From an uncultured Phycisphaerales bacterium (GTDB taxonomy: Bacteria > Planctomycetota > Phycisphaerae > Tepidisphaerales > Tepidisphaeraceae): DNA of 64,000 nucleotides. The translations under genes and the position numbers were made by a program. Position 1 is the stretch's first letter. Each line of letters begins with the position of its first letter. Shown one piece after another: positions 1 through 8,185 of this stretch. Location: NCBI GenBank assembly GCA_963758525.1, contig CAVWVQ010000003.1:1696001-1760000 (forward strand), read 5' to 3'. The notes beneath the pieces were generated by a model that was given only the letters and a program-made list of their open reading frames with translations, was not told the origin of the DNA and searched no databases.

Positions 1-222
1 GCCATAAGTGATGGCGTCCTGGTCGCGTTTGTCGCCCACTTCCCCGAGCCATTGGAACAGATCGGGGAAGAAATGGCTGACCGTCCTGGCCAGTGTCGCG
101 CCCAGGTCTAAACCCTGCCGGCGCGCCGGGCTTTGTCGGTCCGGTGCAGTTGGATCAGGGCCAGCTGCAAATTGGTGATCTCCTGCAGCAGACGTTTGAG
201 CCGCCGATGTTCCTGCACCCAT
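1..222 (-). mobile_element. Transposase N-terminus (partial, runs off window) of an IS element
   Basis: Minus frame reads ...LARTVSHFFPDLFQWLGEVGDKRDQDAITYG, resembling DDE transposase N-termini (HFFP...DxR...Y); in-frame ATG at 222 overlaps upstream ORF. Confidence 0.55.
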
Positions 223-416
223 GCCTCCACCTCATCCTTGAGATCCTTGGGGACGTAGACCGTACGGGTCTTGCCGCGGCGCTTGAGGGTCAACTGGCAG
301 CCGCCGCCGCGTTGCGTGCCAAGGGATGCGGCCAGGGGCGGACATCGCGGGACAAGTTCCTTGACCCTGGCGTCCCGCATCCGCCGCAGCAGAGTGGGGT
401 GATTGGGAAGCTTCAT
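108..416 (-). CDS. Small basic IS accessory protein (DUF6788-like)
   Basis: LTLKRRGKTRTVYVP...EVEAWVQEHRRLKRLLQEI pattern; GAGGAGG SD before ATG at 416; directly upstream of transposase. Confidence 0.6.
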   Translation of the reverse strand: MKLPNHPTLLRRMRDARVKELVPRCPPLAASLGTQRGGGCQLTLKRRGKTRTVYVPKDLKDEVEAWVQEHRRLKRLLQEITNLQLALIQLHRTDKARRAGRV

Positions 417-432
417 GGCATTCCTCCTCATG

Positions 433-464
433 ACTAAGTGTAACTACTTAGTGTATGAGGTCAA
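433..464 (-). promoter_or_regulatory. sigma70-like promoter TTGACC-N16-TACACT overlapped by inverted repeat ACTAAGT-N6-ACTTAGT
   Basis: Read directly: -35 at 464-459, -10 at 442-437, IR arms 433-439 and 446-452. Confidence 0.45.
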
Positions 465-837
465 GAAAAACCCGGACGCGAAAAAGAAAAATTGAACAAC
501 GGAGAACACTCCCCGCCCTTGTGCCCCCGATTATGCTGCAAAAAGCCTTTTACTTTGGAGCTGAAAGGTGCGAGAAATTACGATTCGTCACGGCTGCTGA
601 ATAATAACGGCGGTCTTCGGGGCTTTCCCGGGCTTTCAACGGACGCGAAGTGAGCCGCGCCCCCTTCTTTGAACGAACCGGCTTTCTTGGACGTAACCAG
701 CCTGTCGCGTACGCCGGAAATGCGAAGAGGGAGGAAATGCGAAGAGAGAGGAAACGCGAAGAGGGACGCCCGTACTTCCTGAACGGCGGAAACGCGACCT
801 TCCTCGGAACACGCGGCGAAGTGAGCGTTCAATCGTT

Positions 838-1165
838 TCAAACGCTATTCGCGATTTCCCTGCAGCGCGGGTAATTTCGGCAACCCCAGAAGGGCCGACC
901 GGCACGCTGCGCGAGACAGTGGAGCAGTAGAACAGGTGAGCAGTAGACGGGGCAGCGCTCCGGCAGAAAGCCGGCCTGTATGTGCTGACGGCGGGAGCCA
1001 GCGGATTCGTCGTGGCGAACATGGATAGGAGCGTCGGCCCGTCGATGAGCCGGATCGGCTTGCCGGCGGCGAAGGCGCGGGCGGCTTCGCTGAATGTTCC
1101 GCAGGTGACGAAGATTCCTTCGCATTGTCGCTCCCGCTGTTCCGCTTCATGCGCGCCGGCGCCCC
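838..1165 (-). pseudogene. 3' remnant of Mrr-like restriction endonuclease with C-terminal topoisomerase-type Zn ribbon
   Basis: GIFVTCGTFSEAARAFAAGKPIRLIDG (Mrr_cat C-terminus) then frameshifted CP..C...FWGCRNYPRC; 5' part absent at REP junction. Confidence 0.7.
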
Positions 1166-1292
1166 AAAGCCAACGGATTGTCATCCGTTGGGCATTTTCT
1201 GCGAGCGAACAGCGAACGAGGGGAGCGATGGGAAGAAACGCGGGACTGCAAATGGGAAAACGGGGACCAACGGATGGCAATCCGTTGGCTTT
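1166..1292. repeat. Inverted REP doublet downstream of RAYT
   Basis: CCAACGGAT-TGTC-ATCCGTTGG (1170-1191) and CCAACGGAT-GGCA-ATCCGTTGG (1267-1288) with AAAG/CTTT outer ends. Confidence 0.85.
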
Positions 1293-1914
1293 ATTGTGGA
1301 AACGGACCGGCGCGATCGAATCTCCAGACCCGGGCCCCGCGCTTCGTGTGATCGAGAATGTACTTGAATGCTTCGACCTGATGCCCTCGGTCGGCGATCG
1401 GCTCAGCGCGCGAGCGTTTCGCCCACAACCCGCCCTTCGCGCTGCGAAGGCCCAACTGACGAACGGAGTGCGACGCGTGCTTCTTCGCAAGGCCGATCCA
1501 GTGTCTCGGTTTGTGATCGGGGAAGCGAGCGAGGACGTGGAGGTGCCGGGAATCCAGCGAGACAATGAGAACTTGAATCCCGTTGCGACTGAGGTTTTCC
1601 GCGATGGCGCCGGCGACGAGTTGCCGAAGCTCCGCGGCGATGCGCACCGCGTCGCGCTTCATGAGCGCCTTGGAGAGCTCGTGGAGGTTGTCGTACTTGC
1701 CCTTGGGCGGCGGATGCTTGTAGTCGCCGTCGACGTGTTCGCGGTGATGCAGGGCGCGCCATCCCCGGGGATCGCCGCGGAGCCAGGCGCCGTAGGCGTG
1801 GACGGTAACGTGATACCAGTGGTTCCAGGGAGGCTTTGGAGCGCTGTCCGAGGGAATATTTGGCGCCTTTCCCGTGACCTGTGCGAATGTCACGCGCGGA
1901 GAGCGGGATTGCAA
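1291..1914 (-). CDS. REP-associated tyrosine transposase (RAYT, IS200/IS605-like HUH Y1)
   Basis: YHVT..YG.WLRGDPRG N-terminus, HUH motif HLHVL, LWAKR, catalytic Tyr in FKYILDH; flanked by REPs; true start may be downstream of 1914. Confidence 0.85.
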   Translation of the reverse strand: MQSRSPRVTFAQVTGKAPNIPSDSAPKPPWNHWYHVTVHAYGAWLRGDPRGWRALHHREHVDGDYKHPPPKGKYDNLHELSKALMKRDAVRIAAELRQLVAGAIAENLSRNGIQVLIVSLDSRHLHVLARFPDHKPRHWIGLAKKHASHSVRQLGLRSAKGGLWAKRSRAEPIADRGHQVEAFKYILDHTKRGARVWRFDRAGPFPQ

Positions 1915-1937
1915 ATGGGAGCGGGAGGCTCAGCGCC

Positions 1938-2027
1938 AAAGCCAACGGATTGCCATCCGTTGGTCTTCTCCGAGGGCGGGAATCAAAGCTGAAAGCAGGA
2001 ACCAACGGATGGCAATCCGTTGGCTTT
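1938..2027. repeat. Inverted REP doublet upstream of RAYT
   Basis: Palindromes at 1942-1963 and 2002-2023, same sequence family as 1170/1267. Confidence 0.85.
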
Positions 2028-2185
2028 CGGGTGCGGCCGCGATGTCAAAAATCCACGCACAGTAAATGTTTATTTGCCTGCCCGGAATGTTGTAAATGAC
2101 GGGCATGCAAAAAGTCACTGCATCTCTATCGGGTTTGCCCGGCCCCAGTGAGGGCCGGCAAACAGGACGCATCACAGGCGCCGGA

Positions 2186-2255
2186 GTGAGGAAAGGGGGA
2201 GTGAGGAAAGGGGGTCAAGTGAGGAAAGGGGTTCATCAGGTTCATCAGCCTTTTC
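2186..2255 (+). repeat. Short tandem repeat (AGTGAGGAAAGGGG)x3 plus (GGTTCATCA)x2
   Basis: Seen directly. Confidence 0.6.
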
Positions 2256-2332
2256 AGACGAGATGGCCATGATGCCAGACTCGTCGTCGCGTCGGGGTTT
2301 CACGTCCTCGGTCCGATCCGACTACCGCGTCG

Positions 2333-3456
2333 TTACTTCGGCTGTGCCGATGGAATCAAACTGACGGACGCGAGATTCATCAATGTGCCGTGAGCGATTT
2401 TTACCGGCTTCACGCCGATGATGATATCCCCGGCATCTTTCAGTTCGAGTTCCCCCAGCGATAACGTCTGATAGTCGTCAGGCCCCTTTGTCGCTGTTAC
2501 GTTGCCGTCCAGTTTCCCGGCACCGGCAGTGAGTGTGAAGGTGCTTCCGTCACTCTTCGCGGGGCACGCATAATTGATGCGGACCTCAAAGCGCCCGGGC
2601 TTTGTTATCCGGACGCTCCACTGCACATAATCAGAGGGGTCGGTCCAGGACACGATGTTTGAAACGTTGCCCGGCTGTCCAACAAAAGCGGTGTGCCCGA
2701 CAACTTCCGCCCGGCCCGCATTCAGAGTAATCACTCCGTCGGATCCCTGTTCGAGCGGGGCCCTCTCGTCGAGCTTAAAGGGCTTGCCGAACCGAACTCC
2801 CTCCACCTGCAGTAAAGAGAGGGAACCAGCGCCTGGATCGCCGCCGGCGGCGCGTCGGGAAGCCCGGCCGGATCGACGATTTCCAGCGTCATGCCGTACG
2901 CGCTGAGAACTGGATCACGAATCTCCTTCCCTGCAAGTTTGGTCAGTCCGCGAATGGTCGTTTTGCGCGTCGCAGCCAGCAGCACTTTGAATCGAACAAC
3001 CATTGAGTCGTCCAGAGGCTGCTTGAGCGGAATGGAACGGAATATTCCGTCATCGGCGTCGCCGCTCCATCCCGCGCGATCGTCATCAATCTGCTGGGCG
3101 CCATCGGGGCCGATCACTTCGACGTCGGTTACGATGGCCTTGGTTTTGCGAATGTGGAGATAAATTGCAGGACCATCGAGAAGATAGCCCGGCGCCTGCT
3201 CCCGTATGGCCGCCGCGTCCAGCAGCAGGATTGTCACCCCGCGTTCCGCGAGCGCCGGGTCGGCCAGTTCCCTCCCGGTTGCGCTTTTGGGCGCCTTGAT
3301 CTCAACAGTTTTGGAATCGAATGCGACCACTGGCGCAGTGCTTGGACCAGCCTCTGGCGGGTCATTGGCCCAGCCGGCCGGGGCAAGAATGCCGAGCAGG
3401 CAAGATACGGCCAATATTGTCGAATGGTTTGTTCGACGCGGAACGTGGGCTGCCAT
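2333..3456 (-). CDS. Secreted protein with C-terminal carbohydrate-binding (CBM6/35, DUF5077-like) domain; frameshifted near 2800-2850
   Basis: Signal peptide (ILAVSCLLGILAPAGWA); C-terminal WTDPSDYVQW...PGRFEVRINYAC...LGELEL galactose-binding-like motif in second frame. Confidence 0.55.
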
Positions 3457-3638
3457 GGTTCCTCCGCGGATCGAAATCGCTGATGGAGTCATCCGATTCC
3501 CGGACTCGCCATTATCGCACCGCGGAAACAATATTTCGAATAATTCCGAATACTGAAATCGCAATACACAGCGTCATCGCCGAAGCGGAACTACGGGCCG
3601 TTGCAATCCGTCGCCTGGTGAAACAAGATCGTGGGTCG

Positions 3639-4232
3639 ATGCCGTCGGTGCCGCTCGATCCTCCGACATTACTCTCCGCCTACGCGCAGGGGCTGTTTCC
3701 GATGGCGGAGCGGGACGGGAAGATTCAGTACTTCACCGCTGATCCGCGCGGCATCCTTCCGCTCGACAAATTCCACGTTTCCAAAACGCTCGCGCAATTC
3801 ATGCGGAAGGAGCCGCCGGTCTACGAGCTTCGCATCAATCATGATTTCCCCGGGACGATCCGCCGCTGCATGGAGACGCCGCGCAGGGGGGCGTGGATTA
3901 ATGAAAGACTGATCGACGCGTATTGCCGGCTGCACGAGATCGGCTTTGCGCACAGCGTTGAAACCTGGTGGAACGGCGAGCCCGCCGGCGGTCTCTACGG
4001 GGTCAGCCTGGGCGCGGCGTTCTTTGGTGAAAGCATGTTTCACACCCGGCGCGACGCGAGCAAAGTCGCGCTGGTTCATCTCGTCGATCGTCTGCGAGAT
4101 CGCGGATTCGAGCTGCTGGATACGCAGGCCGTCACCGCTCATCTCGCGACGTTTGGCGCGATCGCCATCCCGGCCAGTGAATATCTCGGCCGACTCCACC
4201 GCGCGCTCAAACGCGAGTGTGACTTTGTGTGA
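3639..4232 (+). CDS. aat: Leucyl/phenylalanyl-tRNA--protein transferase
   Basis: LLSAYAQGLFPM, AHSVETW, GGLYGV.LG.AFFGESMF, DASKVAL, LLDTQ. Confidence 0.95.
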   Translation: MPSVPLDPPTLLSAYAQGLFPMAERDGKIQYFTADPRGILPLDKFHVSKTLAQFMRKEPPVYELRINHDFPGTIRRCMETPRRGAWINERLIDAYCRLHEIGFAHSVETWWNGEPAGGLYGVSLGAAFFGESMFHTRRDASKVALVHLVDRLRDRGFELLDTQAVTAHLATFGAIAIPASEYLGRLHRALKRECDFV

Positions 4233-4254
4233 AGAGGGTTCAGGGTGTCAGGGT

Positions 4255-4597
4255 TCAGGATTCCTCGGCCGCTTCGATCGAGACGGTGAGTCCCTTGGAT
4301 TCGAACTGATCCTTGTATAACTCCGCCCGTTCTTTGTGCGTCACCAGGAGCAGGGAGACATTCTCTTTATCGGCCTCGTGGGTGCGCAGAACGCGCTTCT
4401 TGTTCGTTCAGCGGCGTGAGTTCCATAATCGTCATCACGACGAACTCCACGCTATTTTTGTCGTCATTGTGAAGCAGCACTTTCCAAGGCGGCAGCATTT
4501 TGGGCGGCTTGGGTTTGGACGCAGGACGCCGCTTCGGCTTCGCCGTCGCCGTGCCCGCGCCTTCCGAGGGAGGAGGAGATTGAGTTTCGTCGGACAT
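4255..4597 (-). CDS. clpS: ATP-dependent Clp protease adaptor ClpS (one frameshift ~4390)
   Basis: WKVLLHNDDKNSVEFVV then second frame ...LLLVTHKERAELYKDQFESKGLTVSIE. Confidence 0.9.
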
Positions 4598-4697
4598 GAG
4601 GTGCGTTATTATATCGCCTCGGTGGCTCAACGCTCAACCGAAAAAGTGGAACCGAAAAAGTGGGGGTGTGGTGCTCGAAAGTGGCGATCGGCTCCGA

Positions 4698-4765
4698 GTA
4701 GGGCGGGATTCATCCCGCCGATTTGTTGGCCGGCTGAGAAAACGGCGGGATGAATCCCGCCCTAC
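4698..4765. repeat. GTAG-type REP doublet (REPIN-like)
   Basis: GTAGGGCGGGATTCATCCCGCCG ... CGGCGGGATGAATCCCGCCCTAC perfect inverted pair. Confidence 0.85.
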
Positions 4766-4812
4766 GATCGCAAAATCTGCAATCGCCACAAATAAAAGTT
4801 ACACCCAAAAAT

Positions 4813-4958
4813 GGAAGCCAGGAGTCAGGAGCCAGAAGTAAGGAGCAATGAGGGAAACGCAGCGGCATTGTCCCTACCTCCGATTTCTGCTTCATTGATT
4901 CTGACTTCTGACTTCTGACTTCTGACTTCTGGCTTCTTGCTTCTGACTCCTGGCTCCT
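4813..4958. repeat. Inverted heptamer tandem-repeat cassette (AGAAGTC-like / (TTCTGAC)n)
   Basis: Left arm 4813-4845; right arm 4899-4958 with four perfect TTCTGAC units. Confidence 0.85.
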
Positions 4959-5003
4959 TCCTTCCGCCTTCTTGCTCGTCGCTTCTTCCCGTACATTCGT
5001 TCC

Positions 5004-6135
5004 ATGTCAACGCGTTTGCTGATCGGGGCCATGAGCGGCACCAGCGCGGATGGGGTCGATGTTGCACTGGTGGAAATCGAAGGTCACGGTCTGTCGATGC
5101 GATGCACCCTTCGACGGCACGTGCAGCGGTCATATTCCGCGGGAATTCGCGCACATTTTCGCGATCCGCGGCTTGGGCCGCGTCGCGCTGGGAGAGTTGG
5201 CAGGGCTCGCTCGTGAAATATCGGATTGCTACGCCGAGGCGGTGAACGCACTGCTCTCGATCACCCAAACGTCAACGGCGGATGTGGAGGCTGTCGCGGC
5301 CCACGGACAAACATTGTTTCATTTGCCGCCTGACACGATTCAGTGGCTCGATCCGGCGCGACTGGCGGCAAACACCGGCTGTCGAGTGGTAAGCGATTTT
5401 CGTCGGGCGGATTGTGCCGCGGGCGGACAGGGAGCGCCGCTGGTGCCGTTTGCGGATTACATTCTGTTCCGCGATGCCAAGCGATCGCGCGTGCTGCTGA
5501 ACCTGGGAGGCATTGCGAATCTGACGTATCTGGGCGCGGGCGAGCCGATCGATCGGCTCATCGCATTTGATACCGGGCCGGCGAATTGCATCAGCGATCA
5601 TCTCATGCGTCGGCACGATCCTGAGGGCCCCGGGTTTGACGCGGGCGGGACACTCGCCGCGAGCGGGCATCCGATCGAAGAAGTGGTCATGCGTGTGTTG
5701 GAAGACGCCTGGTTCACGGCAAGGCCGCCGAAGTCCACCGACAGCCCGGCGATGATTCGGCTGTTTGATGATGCCGTTGCGGAAGCGGGCGCAGACGGCG
5801 CGGCGATCAGCGACCTGCTGGCGACGAGCTGCGCGATCGCGGCGCGTGGAGTCAGCAACGCGATCGCGCGATGGTTGCCGGGCAACGTGGATGAAGTGAT
5901 CGTCAGCGGCGGCGGGAGTGAAAACCTCGCGTTGATGCAACTGCTCAACGGCTTGGCGCCGCGCGTCGTGCGCAGCGATTCGCTGGGAGTGCCTTCGAAC
6001 GCCAAGGAGGCGATCGCATTTGCTCTGATCGGGGCCGCAACGCTCGATGGGATTGCGTCGAACGTGCCGGCAGCGACGGGAGCGCGTTCAGCGGTAGTAT
6101 TGGGATCGATCACACCGGCGCAGCGCCGAAGCTGA
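5004..6135 (+). CDS. anmK: Anhydro-N-acetylmuramic acid kinase (frameshift ~5140)
   Basis: IGAMSGTSADGVD, HGQT, DFRRAD.AAGGQGAPLVP, NLGGIAN, FDTGPAN, PPKST, KEAIAFA. Confidence 0.92.
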
Positions 6136-6159
6136 ATGCCACCAAACGCAAGGTGTTGA

Positions 6160-6783
6160 TCAGGCGCTCCAAATCTCTTTGAGTCGCACCATCAGGCCGG
6201 GGAACAGAGATGGGCGGATCTCTTCGTCGCCTTGGCCGACGGCATCGTCATCGAATGCGCCGTCGCGGAGAACCAGGCACTGCAATGTCCGCTGAAATGG
6301 ATCGAGCAGCCAATAATTCGGAACGCCGAATTCGCCATACCAGCGGCGCTTGGTGCGGTGGTCGTGCTTCTCGTGGCCGGGGCTGATGCACTCTATGATG
6401 AGTGCCGGCGGGATGAGAATACGGGTGCGTTCTGGATCCTTACGGCCTGCCGCCACCGCGGCTTCGCGTTGCCGCTGCTCCTCGGCTGCGGTCAAAAAGG
6501 CGGCATCCGCTCGCGCAACGCGATCCTCGTCCACCACGATATCCACTTCCGTGGCAAAGCTGCCGACCTCTTCGCCGATGTGGAGGACCACGCGAGAAAT
6601 CAATCGTAGAAGCGACTTGCCGCCGACGAAATATGCGGGAGCCATTGTGGTGAGTACTCCCTCGACGATCTCGTAGCGGCCGTTCCACCACTGTCGCTCG
6701 ATTTCCGGATCGTCGAGATCCTGCGCGGTCCAGCCGGTGGTGCCAGGATTGAACGGGCGAGATTCCTTCAGGCCGGAAGACAT
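6160..6783 (-). CDS. Uma2-family PD-(D/E)XK endonuclease-like protein
   Basis: YEIVEG..MAPA, ADAAF, P.LIIECISP...D...K..Y..FGV..YWLLDP. Confidence 0.85.
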   Translation of the reverse strand: MSSGLKESRPFNPGTTGWTAQDLDDPEIERQWWNGRYEIVEGVLTTMAPAYFVGGKSLLRLISRVVLHIGEEVGSFATEVDIVVDEDRVARADAAFLTAAEEQRQREAAVAAGRKDPERTRILIPPALIIECISPGHEKHDHRTKRRWYGEFGVPNYWLLDPFQRTLQCLVLRDGAFDDDAVGQGDEEIRPSLFPGLMVRLKEIWSA

Positions 6784-6987
6784 GACCTGATTATAATGGG
6801 GACGGAGCGACTTGCGAGAAAAATCGGGGTCGGGATCGGGAGTGCGCCGGCATCCCAAGTCGAAACAGGTAAAAAGCTTCTTCAATCGCGGGGGGGCTGT
6901 CTCTGATGATTTGGCGCCGCGGATTTTCCGATGCAGCCAATCTGTTTCGTTCAGTCGACGGCGTACCGAACTGGAATGCCGCGGGGT

Positions 6988-8142
6988 TCAAAACGGCGGC
7001 TGCTCGCCCTTTTTCCACCAGTCGGCGGCGTCGCGACGGGGTTTGTCGCGGTCGTCGTCGAGAGTGTTGCCGCCGCCGGGGAGGAAGGGGTTGTCGTCAT
7101 CCTTCTGGTCGGGCGAATTGCCGCGGACCATGGAGGCGAGGGAAATCGCGAAGATGGGGCTGATGGAGCGGAGGAGGATCTGATCGTCGCCGGTGAACGG
7201 GGTTCGGGCGTCGCGGAAGAACATGATGGTGGCGAGCGATTCGCCGAGATAGGTGCAGTTGACGGCGAGCAGGTCATGGCCGCCGAGAAGGTGAAGCTCC
7301 TGGGGAGTGAATTTGGCCGCGAGATTTTGGATCCGCGTGTGCAGCAGGCCGTCGCGGAAGGTCGGCGGCAGCACCACGCGCTTCAGGGCGTCGGTGAGGA
7401 TGCGCTCCCCGGCGACCGTGTATTTCATGTATGCGCCAAGCTGGAATTCTCCATCGTCGGCGGCGAGCCAGATGGCGACGTTTGAATAGCCGACCTGGCG
7501 CATGAGCCAGTCCATTGCATGGCAGAGGAGTTGCTCGAGATCCGCGGCGTTGTCGATGTATTTGCGAAAGCCTTCCTGATGGCGGACGCCATCGAGTTGC
7601 TTTGAGAGCTCGCCGTACGCGGTCACCAGGTCGTTGCAGAGCAGATCGACTTTTTTGCTGATGACCCGCCGGGCCTCGCCGAGCCGGCGCACCGCGACCT
7701 TGAGGCGGTCCATGCGTTTCTCGCGCCGCGCGCCTTTCGCCTGGCGGTCCAGCGCGCGGCGCAGGCGGTCGGTGATCTGTTCGTAGTTGAAGGGTTTGGG
7801 CAGAAAGTCGACGGCTCCATGCCGCATCGCGTTGACCGCGCGATCGACGCTGGGAGAGCCGGTCATGATCACCGCCGACGCATGCGGCTGATGCAGACGA
7901 AGCGTATCGAGGAGAGTCGTGCCGTCTCCGTCGGGGAGATGCACATCGGCGATCATCAGCTCGATGGTCTGGGTCTCCAGAATGCGGCGCGCTTCGCCGA
8001 CGTTGGCGGCACGCAGCACGGTGCAGGAGAAGCTGCGATGAGCCATGTCTTCGACGAGCTCGAGCAGGGCCGGCTCGTCATCCACGAGCAGAATTCGGGC
8101 GGGCTCGGCCATCTCAGATTTTACGTTCAGGACCGGCGCCAT
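6988..8142 (-). CDS. Response regulator (REC + coiled coil + GAF-like region)
   Basis: ILLVDDE, DVHLPDGDG, AVDFLPKPF. Confidence 0.85.
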   Translation of the reverse strand: MAPVLNVKSEMAEPARILLVDDEPALLELVEDMAHRSFSCTVLRAANVGEARRILETQTIELMIADVHLPDGDGTTLLDTLRLHQPHASAVIMTGSPSVDRAVNAMRHGAVDFLPKPFNYEQITDRLRRALDRQAKGARREKRMDRLKVAVRRLGEARRVISKKVDLLCNDLVTAYGELSKQLDGVRHQEGFRKYIDNAADLEQLLCHAMDWLMRQVGYSNVAIWLAADDGEFQLGAYMKYTVAGERILTDALKRVVLPPTFRDGLLHTRIQNLAAKFTPQELHLLGGHDLLAVNCTYLGESLATIMFFRDARTPFTGDDQILLRSISPIFAISLASMVRGNSPDQKDDDNPFLPGGGNTLDDDRDKPRRDAADWWKKGEQPPF

Positions 8143-8185
8143 TCATTCGCTCCTGTTGCGCTGGCGGCACTCGCATGCCAGCGCG

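Noticed and set aside
105..118. GGGTTTA as a -1 ribosomal frameshift site fusing the IS ORFs
   Set aside because: The heptamer is not in the required phase for ORF1, and an in-frame ATG at 222 exists.
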